Source: Macrostomum lignano (Eukaryota). From it: a stretch of 64,000 nucleotides of DNA. How positions within the stretch are numbered: position 1 is the first letter of the stretch; each line of letters begins with the position of its first letter. Both the position numbers and the translations under genes were made by a program. The stretch covers positions 62,001-126,000 of the forward strand of contig NIVC01000947.1 in assembly GCA_002269645.1 (NCBI GenBank). Reading direction: 5' to 3'. The notes beneath the pieces were generated by a model. That model had not been told where the DNA came from, searched no databases, and saw nothing but the letters and a program-made list of their open reading frames with translations. Shown piece by piece: positions 12,123-24,300 of this stretch.

Positions 12123-12315
12123 AAGTCAGCTGTCGAGCCGCTCCTGGCCATCAGCTGTACAAACTCGACGCGCTGACCAGCCGACGTCCTGTAGAGAGTG
12201 CCGCCAGCCCTGCTGGTGCCCAGGTCCAAGTCGTTGTAAGGCGGCGCGCCGCGGCGGTTTGGCAGAGCCTCCTGGTAGGCCGACGAGCCCGGTGGAGGCG
12301 TCTGCTTGGACTTCG
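11882..12315 (-). CDS. pcdh: Protocadherin coding exon 7 (cytoplasmic tail with poly-Q10, ends ASYV-stop)
   Basis: Strong acceptor ctgac...ccccgtctgcctcttgacag|CG, phase 1; TGA at 11884-11882. Confidence 0.78.
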
Positions 12316-15300
12316 CTGTCAAGAGGCAGACGGGGAATAAGTCAGAATGCTCAACTTTGGCCTGTATGCTTGGCTGTTTGTTTTAATTGGCTAGGGAGTT
12401 GTGGTGGAGTCTGATAGGGTTCGAACTCGAATTTTAAGCGCTAAATTAATATGGCATCAAATTATTATTGCAGAAGGAACAGTATATTGTGCAGGGAAGT
12501 CATTGGAGTGACTGGAAAGTCACTGGAGTCACAGGGAAGATACTGGAGTGACAGGAAAGACACTGGAGTGACAGGAAAGTCACTGGAGTCACAGGGAAGA
12601 TACTGGAGTGACAGGAAAGTCACTGGAGTCACAGGGAAGATACTGGAGTAATAGGGAAGACACTGGAGTGACCAGTGGCGTAGCCAGGATTTCCTTCTGG
12701 GGGGGGGGCGGGTCACAGTCAGTCACAGGCTCACAGCGGCAACCGGGGCAAGGGGGTGCTAGGCCTCTGCGACGGGGGAGGGGGCCTGAAAGTTTGGCCT
12801 GGATCAGCCGGCTACGCCCCTAAGAGTGACAGGAAAAACACTGCAGTGACAGGGAAGACAGTGGAGGCACAGGGAAGACACTGGAGCGACAGGGAAGACA
12901 GTGGAGGCACAGGAAAGACACTGGAGTGACAGGGAAGACAGTGGAGGCACAGGGAAGACAGTGGAGGCACAGGGAAGACAGTGGAGGCACAGGGAAGACA
13001 GTGGAGGCACAGGGAAGACACTGGAGTGACAGGGAAGACACTGGAGTGACAGGAAAGTCACTGGAGTCATAGGGAAGACACTAGAGTCATAGGGAAGACA
13101 GTGGAGTGGCAGGCAAGATAGTGGAGTGACAGGGAAAACACTGGAGTGACAGGGCAGTCAGGGAAGACATTGGAGTGACAGGAAAGACACTGGAGTGACA
13201 GGGAAGTCACTGGAGTGACAGGGCAGTCACTGGAGTCACAGGGAAGACACTGCAGTGACAGGGCAGTCACTGGAGTGACAGGGAAGACAGTGGAGTTCTT
13301 GAACCAATCATTAACTATGCAATAGCTCGTAATCCTACTCAAGCCGTTTGCACTCACAAGTTCCGCCGGCAGTGTCCAGAGTCTGGGACGGGCCCCTCCT
13401 CTGCATCCTGGAGCCCCCGTAGGTGACGTAATTGGCTGTGTCATCGAAGGTCGCCGCAGTAGCTTCGGATTGGTTCAGCGAGGATGTCACAGATGGGAAG
13501 CACTGCGTGCGGTGTTCCAGGGAAGACATGAGGTAAGGGCTGGGGCATGTCAAGTCTTATCAACAAATATAACCGACTTCCCGCCAAAGTACGTATTTGA
13601 ATACAAAAAATATTGATGGAGCATCCAATGAAACGATACAGACTCTCTGAGTCTGTATCGATGCCATGGTTCCATGGGGAGTTGCTGAGATGGCATGGCT
13701 CAATGGGGGAGTTGCTGAGATGCCATGGCTCAGTGAGGATTTGCTGAGATGCCAATTGGCTCAATGGGAAGTTGCTGAGATGCCAATTGGCTCTATGGGG
13801 AGTTGCTGAGATGCCATGCCTAAACTTCACAAACTTCAAGTTTCAAAACTCAGGGTTCAGAGACCGCACGTCCTGCTGTCGCTCACCTTCTCCCTAGAGG
13901 GGACGCCGCCACCGGAGCTGAGGAACGGAGCCAGGGACTCTGGCTGGCGGGCGTCTGCCCCAGCCTCCGGCCCGTTGGTTTTCCGCCTCATCCTGTGCTG
14001 CTGTTGCTGCTGGGCCAGCTGAGACCCTGTCGGGCCTAGCAGCTCAGCGAAGAAGCCCCGCCTGTGACAGAGGCACAGAGCAACAACCAAAAGAATCAAC
14101 GTGAGAGCGCAGGCCACCGCCACCGCAGCCACCAAGATGTGACCGCCGCCGCCTGAGGACCTTCTGCCGTCTCCGGGAACGCCATCGAAGCCTCTGCCAG
14201 GCACATTCGTCTTGCCGTTGCCTCCGTTGTCGACTCCACCGCCACTGCCTTCGCCGCTGCCGTCGCCGCGTGGCTCGGTGGGCAGAAACTTCGGTATCGA
14301 CCGGTCAACGGTGATTGTGAGTCGGATCTGAGCAGAGCGGACCGGCTCCAGGTTGGCAGAGTCGGACACGAGCACCGTCAGCTGGTGGTCGCGGATGTCT
14401 GACTCACACATCTGGCGGTTGATCTGCGTGTGGGTTGGGGTTTGGGGTCATGGCTAGGGCAACAGGTTTTCTTGGGGGAAGCAAATACCCAGCCAGCAGA
14501 ATCAATACCCACACTGCAGAATCAATACCCACACTGCAGAATCAATACCCACACTGCAGAATCAATACCCACCCAGCAGAATCAATACCCACCCAGCAGA
14601 ATCAATACCCACACTGCAGAATCAATACCCACACTGCAGAATCAATACCCAGCCAGCAGAATCAATACCCAGCCAGCAGAATCAATACCCAGCCAGCGGA
14701 ATCAATACCCACCCAGCAGAATCAATACCCTGCCAGCGGAATCAATACCCACCCAGCGGAATCAATACCCAACCAGCGGAATCAATACCCACCCTTCAAA
14801 ATCAATACCCACTCACTGCAGAAACAATATCACACTGCAGAATCAATACCTACCCAGCAGAATCAATACCCACTCTTCAAAATCGATACCCACTCACTGC
14901 AGAACCAGAAGCAATACCAACCCAGAAGAAGCAATACCCACTTAAAAGAAGCAATACTCACTCACCCAGAAGAAGCAATAGTCACCCAGAAGAAGCAATA
15001 CCCACTCAGAAGAAGCAATACCCACTCAGAAGAAGCAATACCCAATCAGAAGAAGCAATACTCACTCAGAAGAAGCAATACCCACTCAGAAGAAGCAATA
15101 CTCACTCAGAAGAAGCAATACCCACTCAGAAGAAGCAATACCCACTCAGAAGAAGCAATACCCACTCAGAAGAAGCAATACCCACTCAGAAGAAGCAATA
15201 CCCACTCAGAAGAAGCAATAACCACTCAGAAGAATCAATACCCACTCAGAAGAAGCAATACCCACTCAGAAGAATCAATACCCACTCAGAAGAAGCAATA

Positions 15301-18300
15301 CCCACTCAGAAGAAGCAATACCCACTCAGAAGAAGCAATACCCACTCAGAAGAAGCAATACCCACTCAGAAGAAGCAATACCCGCTCAGAAGAAGCAATA
15401 CCCACTCAGAAGAAGCAATACCCACTCAGAAGAATCAATACCCACTCAGAAGAAGCAATAGTCATGTATCTACCATCGAATTAGCAGCAAAAATATTCCT
15501 CTAAAAATCCTGTTGGGAAATGACTCACACTCATTCGGGCTTGGCATAATTAAGTCTCAGACACGCTGAAGGTTGGCGTGGGGAGCCGATTTGTGGTCAG
15601 AATACTAAAAGAGAGGGGAACATCCAATCAGTCGAAGCCTTATCAGAGGCGGGGCTCGGCCCTTGGCAGGTCTCCCCCAGGTGCCCTCCCAAGTCTGAGA
15701 AATCATATTCACCCAGCCCGTACGATCTAGTAGATTAAAGAGCAGACAAGAGAAAGGCGGACCCCGCGCCCTGCTGGGTCGTCTTTGTTAAAGCAGAATT
15801 GGGCTCGCGCGCCATCAAAGGCCTAAAAAGCTCATTTGCGCATAGCTGGAATTCCACAGCTTCCCCTGTTCGGATTCGGCTTTGGGCATTTTTTAGCTAC
15901 CGAAGCGAAAACTTAAGCTGTCAGTAACACGCTCTGAGGCAGACGTTTAATCCGGCTTGAAATACTGATTACCCAGGGTGACTGGCCCGGTTGCAACTGA
16001 CACTGCAGCGTTTTCGCAGCGGATTTGAGTGACTGAAGCGGAGTTTGAGTGACTGAAGAGGATTCTGAGTGACCGAAAAGGATTTTGAGTGACTGAAGAG
16101 GATTCTGAGTGACTGAAGAGGGTTCTGAGTGACTGAAGAGGATTCTGAGTGACTGAAGAGGATTCTGAGTGACTGAAGAGGGTTCTGAGTGACTGAAGAG
16201 GGTTCTGAGTGACTGAAGAGGATTCTGAGTGACTGAAGAGGGTTCTGAGTGACTGAAGAGGGTTCTGAGTGACTGAAGAGGATTCTGAGTGACTGAAGAG
16301 GGTTCTGAATGACTGAAAAGGATTCTGAATGACTGAAGAGGGTTTTGAGTGACTGAAAAGGATTCTGAATGACTGAAGAGGATTCTGAATGACTGAAAAG
16401 GATTCTGAATGACTGAAGAGGGTTTGAGTGACTGAAAGGATTCTGAATGACTTAGGCGGATTCTGAGTGACTAGAGCGGATTCTGAGTGACCAGAGCGGA
16501 TTCTGAGTGACCAGAGCGGATTCTGAGTGACCAGAGCGGATTCTGAGTGACCAGAGCGGATTCTGAGTGACTAGAGCGGATTCTGAGTGACCAGAGCGGA
16601 TTCTGAGTGACTGAAGAGGGTTCTGAGTGACTGAAGAGGATTCTGAGTGACTGAAGAGGGTTCTGAGTTACTGAAGAGGGTTCTGAGTGACTGAAGAGGA
16701 TTCTGAGTGACTGAAGAGGATTCTGAGTGACTGAAGAGGATTCTGAGTGACTGAAGAGGATTCTGAGTGACTGAAGAGGATTCTGAGTGACTGAAGAGGA
16801 TTCTAAATGACTGAAGAGGATTCTAAATGACTGAAGAGGATTCTAAATGACTGAAGAGGGTTCTGAGTGACTGAAGAGGATTCTGAATGACTGAAAAGGA
16901 TTCTGAATGACTGAAGAGGGTTTTGAGTGACTGAAAAGGATTCTGAATGACTGAAGAGGATTCTGAATGACTGAAAAGGATTCTGAATGACTGAAGAGGG
17001 TTTTGAGTGACTGAAAAGGATTCTGAATGACTTAGGCGGATTCTGAGTGACTAGAGCGGATTCTGAGTGACCAGAGCGGATTCTGAGTGACCAGAGCGGA
17101 TTCTGAGTGACCAGAGCGGATTCTGAGTGACCAGAGCGGATTCTGAGTGACTAGAGCGGATTCTGAGTGACCAGAGCGGATTCTGAGTGACCAGAGCGGA
17201 TTCTGAGTGACCAGAGCGGATTCTGAGTGACTAGAGCGGATTCTGAGTGACCAGAGCGGATTCTGAGTGACCAGAGCGGATTCTGAGTGACTGAAGAGGG
17301 TTCTGAGTGACTGAAGAGGGTTCTGAGTGACTGAAGAGGATTCTGAGTGACTGAAGAGGATTCTGAGTGACTGAAGAGGATTCTGAGTGACTGAAGAGGG
17401 TTCTGAGTGACTGAAGAGGATTCTGAGTGACTGAAGAGGATTCTAAATGACTGAAGAGGATTCTAAATGACTGAAGAGGATTCTAAATGACTGAAGAGGG
17501 TTCTGAGTGACTGAAGAGGATTCTGAATGACTGAAAAGGATTCTGAATGACTGAAGAGGGTTTTGAGTGACTGAAAAGGATTCTGAATGACTTAGGCGGA
17601 TTCTGAGTGACTAGAGCGGATTCTGAGTGACCAGAGCGGATTCTGAGTGACCAGAGCGGATTCTGAGTGACCAGAGCGGATTCTGAGTGACCAGAGCGGA
17701 TTCTGAGTGACTAGAGCGGATTCTGAGTGACCAGAGCGGATTCTGAGTGACCAGAGCGGATTCTGAGTGACCAGAGCGGATTCTGAGTGACCAGAGCGGA
17801 TTCTGAGTGACTAGAGCGGATTCTGAGTGACCAGAGCGGATTCTGAGTGACCAGAGCGGATTCTGAGTGACTAGAGCGGATTCTGAGTGACCAGAGCGGA
17901 TTCTGAGTGACAAATGCATTCAAGCGAGTTTCATAAGTGAATATCACCGATTCACAGAACTCACCCTGATCTTGCCATTGTCTGGATCGATATCAAACAG
18001 TTCTTTGTTCGAATCCCCGACCAGCTGGAATCGCAGCTTCCCATTTTCAGCCTCGTCGAGATCCACAGCCAGGACCTGCAGCACAGGCTGCGATGCCGCC
18101 TCCCTCCAGGACACTCGGAATGTCCGGTTCCCCGGCCTCGGAAACCGGATTTCCGGTGTGTTGTCGTTGATATCCAACACCCTGACGGTCACAGTGGCGG
18201 TCACCGAGTTCTGCTGCAGACTGCCACCGTTGGGATTGTCAACTACCCGAATTCGAAGCTGGTAGTCTTGTTGACGCTCGCGGTCCAGCAGCTGGTTGGT

Positions 18301-21300
18301 TCTGATGCTGCCTGATTGACTGTCGACTCGGAAGTCGCTCCACGCCGATGACTGCGGGTCGGGCAGCAGGATAAACCGGATTCGGCCGAATTCTCCACTG
18401 TCCGGGTCTGCCGCCTCGATCCGGCCAACCAGGGTGCCAACGCTGCAGTTCTCGGACACCTCCAGCTGCCGCCCGTCTGGGTAGCTCTGCGGCAGAGGTG
18501 TGGTAGAGGTGAGAATGAGATAGAGAGAGCCAGAGATGGAGAAGGGGGAAGAGAGTCAGAGAGGGTGAGAATGGTGAAGAGAGAGTCAGAGGGGGAGAAT
18601 GAGGAAGAGAGAGTCAGAGAGGGTGAGAATGAGGAAGAGAGAGTCAGAGAGGGGGAGAATGAGGAAGAGAGAGTCAGAGAGGGTGAGAATGAGGAAGAGA
18701 GAGTCAGAGAGGGGGAGAATGAGGAAGAGAGAGTCAGAGAGGGTGAGAATGTGAAAGAGAGAGTCAGAGAGGGAGAATAAGGAAGAGAGAGTCAGAGGGG
18801 GAGAATGAGGAAGAGAGAGTCAGAGGGGGAGAATGAGGAAGAGAGAGTCAGAGAGAATGAGAGAATAAGGAAGAGAGAGTCAGAGAGGGTGAGAATGTGA
18901 AAGAGAGAGTCAGAGAGGGAGAATGAGGAAGAGAGAGCCAGAGGGGGAGAATGAGGAAGAGAGAGTCAGAGGGGGAGAATGAGGAAGAGAGAGTCAGAGA
19001 GGGAGAATAAGGAAGAGAGAGTCAGAAAGGGAGAATGAGGAAGAGAGAGTCAGAGGGGGAGAATGAGGAAGAGAGAGTCAGAGGGGGAGAATGAGGAAGA
19101 GAGAGTCAGAGGGGGAGAATGAGGAAGAGAGAGTCAGAGAGGGTGAGAATGTGAAAGAGAGAGTCAGAGAGGGAGAATAAGGAAGAGAGAGTCAGAGGGG
19201 GAGAATGAGGAAGAGAGAGTCAGAGGGGGAGAATGAGGAAGAGAGAGTCAGAGGGGGAGAATGAGGAAGAGAGAGTCAGAGAGGGAGAATAAGGAAGAGA
19301 GAGTCAGAGGGGGAGAATGAGGAAGAGAGAGTCAGAGGGGGAGAATGAGGAAGAGAGAGTCAGAGGGGGAGAATGAGGAAGAGAGAGTCAGAGAGGGTGA
19401 GAATGTGAAAGAGAGAGTCAGAGAGGGAGAATAAGGAAGAGAGAGTCAGAGGGGGAGAATGAGGAAGAGAGAGTCAGAGGGGGAGAATGAGGAAGAGAGA
19501 GTCAGAGGGGGAGAATGAGGAAGAGAGAGTCAGAGGGGGAGAATGAGGAAGAGAGAGTCAGAGAGGAGAATGAGGAAGAGAGAGTCAGAGGGGGTTAATG
19601 AGGAAGAGAGAGTCAGAGGGGGATAATGAGGAAGAGAGAGTCAGAGGGGGGAGAATGAGGAAGAGAGATTCAGAGGGTGAGAATGAGGAAGAGAGAGTCA
19701 GAGGGGTGAGAAATGAGGAAGACCTGAACAGGTATTTCTCCCACAGCAGGCAATCTGGCGACTAAAACAGGCTGACAACTGAGCTGATGGCGCAGAAAAA
19801 AGCTTTTAGAAGCGGACACAAAATTTGAGTTTTCGATGGGGCGTTTTGTTCTGAGTGCAGTTCAATGTTCCACGGAGAACGGGACTGCATGGCCCAGCGT
19901 GTCTCTCCTGCAGGAGCACGAAAGCATGCAGGAGGTTCTGATTTCGGATCAATTTCGATCTGGGGTTGAGTTCGGGGCAACTAGATATTCCGGAAAAAAT
20001 TCAATCAGTCTAGTGTTTCAACTATTTATTTTAATAGCTTTTTCTGATAAAGCGGCCCTTTCTAGGGCTCAAATAAAAAAACGTACAAGATCTTAATTAT
20101 TCGGATCTCAAGTTGATTTCAAGTCCAAGGTTTATTCTGATTTCTTCTACAGTCAAATGATTCCACTGTAATTCCCTCGTGATTATGTCGATTTATTCTT
20201 AGATTCCCATGATCTGTCTCCCTGATTCCCCTATAGACTCCTCTGACTCCCCTTAGACTCCCCTGATTTCCCTTAGACTCCCCTGACTCCCCTTAGACTC
20301 CCCTGACTCCCCTTAGACTCCCCTGACTTCCCTTAGACTCCCCTGATTTCCCTTAGACTCCCCTGACTCCCCTTAGACTCCCCTGACTCCCCTTAGACTC
20401 CCCTGACTCCCCTTAGACTCCCCTGACTCCCCTTAGACTCCCCTGATTTCCCTTAGACTCCCCTGACTCCCCTTAGACTCCACTGGCTCCCCTTAGACTC
20501 CCTGATTCCCCCTTAGACTCCCCTGATTGCCCCTTAGACTCCCTCGATTCCCCCTTAAACTCACTTGATTCCCCCTTAGACTTCCCTTATTTCCCCTTAG
20601 ACTCCCCCGATTCCCCCTTAGACTCCCCTGATTGCCCCTTAGACTCCCTTAATTCCCCTTTAGACTCTGCCGATTCCCCTTAGACTTCCCTGGCTCCCCA
20701 TTAGGCTCCCTGATTCCCCACAGACTCCCCTGATTCCCCCGTGGACTCCCCTGATTCCCCTTAAGACTCTCCTTAGACTCCCTCGATTCCCCCTTAGACT
20801 CCCCTGATTCCCACTTAGACTCCCTCGATCCTCTGTCTCCTCCTCAAAAATGCCAAGTGAGCCCCTCACCACAGTCGGCGCATTGTCGTTGACATCCCGC
20901 ACGGAGACGTTCACCCGGGCGGTGTCCCGCAGTCCCGCCGGGTCCGTCGCAGTCACCAAAATGACAAAGCTGGCGTGAGTCTCTCGGTCGATGGCCCGCC
21001 AAACTTTGATGACGCCAGTCCTATTCTCAATATAGAAATATTCTTCAGACTCCTGACCGATGAAGTAAGTCACCTGGTTGTTTAGCGGTCCTTCATCCCG
21101 GTCAATAGCCCTCACCCTGACAACGTCGCTAGGCAGTCGCTGGGTATTCTCGACAACAGTGGCCAGATACAGTGTCTTTTCGAACTGCGGCGCTTCGTCG
21201 TTGATGTCGATAACCTTAAAGCTGTGATCTTTGCAGCTGCTCAAAGATGGCGTGCCGTGATCTCTGCAGCAGACCTTCGACCACTGCGTGGACGTCGTTT

Positions 21301-24300
21301 CCCTGTCAAGGATGGCTGTCAGTAGCAGTTTGTACAGATTCTCCGTGGATTTTTCCAGTCGGAACTTGTCCGTTGGCTCTACTTCGCAGGTAACCTCGCC
21401 TCCGGGGCCCGTGTCCTTGTCAATCACGGTCACCATCGCCACGGCCACGTCGCCAGTCCGATTGCCCTCCGGGACTCCCTGCTTCACTGCCGAGATGCTG
21501 ACCTCCGGTTGGAAGTCGTTCACGTCTAAGACGTTTATGACCACCTGCGGGTTTTTGAGTCGTTTGGTTTGTCGAAACATCAAACATGATGAAGGAGGAG
21601 GGGACAATAACTATTGCGCCACTTTACAGCAGGTTCAGCGTCCCTTAAGATGGTATCGCTTACCATCGCGTCCCTTACCATCGCGTCCCTTAAGATGGTA
21701 TCGCTTACCATCGCGTCCCTTACCATCGCGTCCCTTACCATCGCGTCCCTTACCATCGCGTCCCTTACCATCGCGTCCCTTACCATGGTGTTCCTTACCA
21801 TGGTGTCCCTTACCATGGTGTCCCTTACCATGGTGTCCCTTACCATGGTGTCCCTTACCATGGATTCCCTGATCCCAGCTCCGCTCACCTCAGCTTCGGC
21901 TGAATTCTTCGAACTGCCACCGTCTGTGCCGATCACGGTGAACACGAACTGCTTCTGGGTCTCGTAGTCCAGCGGCCTGGCTACGCTGATGCATCCGCTG
22001 GCGGTACTGATGACGAACTCCCTGGTAGATTTCCCTCCCGGGACGTTCTTGATTCCGTACCGGACCAGTCCGTGAACGCCCTCGTCCGGGTCCGTGGCCA
22101 ACACGCAGAGCACCGTCTGCCCAAGAGCCGCCGACTCGCTGACATTGGCGCTGTACGCAGTTCTGTTAAACTTCGGATAATTGTCGTTCACGTCTGCGAT
22201 GTTGATTACGATGGTTGCGCTGCCAGTCTGGGACGGGCTGCCGCGGTCCATGGCGTACAGGATGAACTCATATCTGGAAACTGTCTCCCTGTCCAGCGCT
22301 GCCAGTTGCTTCAGGACTGGAATCGGCTCCAGGGAGCGCTCGGTTCGGATCTCCTCAAGTTCGAACACGGTGGAGCTTGGCTGGAGATCGTATCTGGGCC
22401 GAGGATGAGAAGGGTGAGAGGGAAAGTCAGTCCGGGCTGGAATATTCGATAGTTGGCTGCTAACTACCGAATCTGCACTATTCACTGAGGTTATATTCAC
22501 TAATCTGGAATCGAATCAGAAAATTGAGTTGGCGCCAGAAACCCAGTTTGATGGCGCCAGAATGCCAGCTTGATGACGCCAGAACCCCAGCTTGATGGCG
22601 CCAGAATCCCAGCTTGATGGCGCCAGAATCCCAGCTTGATGGCGCCAGATTCCCAGCTTGATGGCGCCAGAATCCCACCTTAATAGCGCCAGAATCCTAA
22701 CTTGATGGCGCCAGAATCCTAACTTGATGGCGCCAGACTCCTAACTTGATGGCGCCAGAATCCTAGCTTGATGGCGAAAAAAAAATCCCAAATTCCAGAT
22801 TGATGGCGCCAGAATCCCAACATGATGGCGCCAGAATGCCAGCTTGATGGCGCCAGAACCCTAGCTTGATGGCGCCAGAACCCCAGCATGATGGCGCAAG
22901 AATCCCAGCTTGATGGCGCCAGAATCCTAGTTTGATGGCGCCAGAATCCCAGCTTGATAGCGCCAGAACCCCAGCATGATGGCGCCAGAACCCCAGTTTG
23001 ATGGCGCCAGAACCCCAGCTTGATGGCGCCAGAACCCCAGCATGATGGCGCCAGAATGCCAGCATGATGGCGCCAGACTCCTAACTTGATGGCGCCAGAA
23101 TCCTAGCTTGATGGCGAAAAAAAATCCCAAATCCCAGCTTGATGGCGCCAGAATCCCAACATGATGGCGCCAGAACCCCAGCTTGATTTTCCGGTAAGAA
23201 GAAAAACTTGTTGACTCCTACATCAATTTGCCGAACGTCAGGCTGGCTGTTGAATATCGCTGACTAAAAGCAGCACTGTGTGGCTGAGTCCCAGGCACTG
23301 CTTGGCGAACAGTTGCGCTTGTAAATTTTCCACTTATACTTTGGAGGGAAGAGTCAACTGATGCTGCCGCACTGGATGCTGGGGTGAATGGTTTGGTTCA
23401 GCCTACACTAATATTTCGGCTTGTGAACAGATGGTTCTAGTGCTGTCTACTGCAAACAAACGAATTATCTCATTTAAACTCTTCCATGCATTTATAGTGC
23501 AGGGGCGTTGACAGGACTTTTCATCATTTGGGGCGCATCTTTTGAGGAGCCAGCGCTGGCGTTCTGGTGCTATCAAGCTGGCATTCTGGCGCCATCAAGC
23601 TGGTATTCTGGCGTCATCAAGCTGGCATTCTGGCGCCATCATGCTGGAGTTCTGGTGCCATCATGCTGGGGTTCTGGCGCCATCAAACTGGGGCTCTGGC
23701 GCCATCAAGCTGGTATTCTGGCGTCATCAAGCTGGCATTCTGGCGCCATCATGCTGGGGTTCTGGCGCCATCATGCTGGGGTTCTGGCGCCATCAAGCTG
23801 GCATTCTGGCGCCATCATGCTGGCATTGTGGCGCCATCATGCTGGGGTTCTGGCGCCATCAAGCTGGGGTTCTGGCGCCATCAAACTGGGGCTCTGGCGC
23901 CATCAAGCTGGCATTCTGGCGCCATCAAGCTGGTATTCTGGCGTCATCAAGCTGGCATTCTGGCGCCATCATGCTGGGGTTCTGGCGCCATCATGTTGGG
24001 ATTCTGGGGCCATCAAGCTGGGAATCTGGCGCCATCAAGCTGGGGTTCTGGCGCCATCAAACTGGGGCTCTGGCGCCATCAAACTAGGATTCTGGCGCTA
24101 TTAAGCTAGGATTCTGGCGCCATGGAGCTGGCATTCTGGTGATAAACTGTAACGCCTCTAGCCGCCAGCCTCGAATTCGAAGCGTGAAGCAAGGATTAAT
24201 TAATACATTTTCTGAGAAATCTAAAAAACCTGCACGCGCGCGTGACCGCAGTGCTACAAAAAGGAATTAAAAAACCAATTTTTGCATTTCGGTATTTGCA

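Noticed and set aside
12316-12361. Alternative phase-0 acceptor at 12361 skipping exon 13502-13358
   Set aside because: In frame and possible, but the acceptor at 12316 has a much better pyrimidine tract and branch-like ctgac and matches the phase-1 donor at 13357.
12410-12440. gggttcgaactcg as a tRNA T-loop/B-box
   Set aside because: No cloverleaf or A-box in the flanks.
14430-15484. 349-aa and 171-aa + strand ORFs
   Set aside because: 20-bp repeat translations inside protocadherin intron 4.
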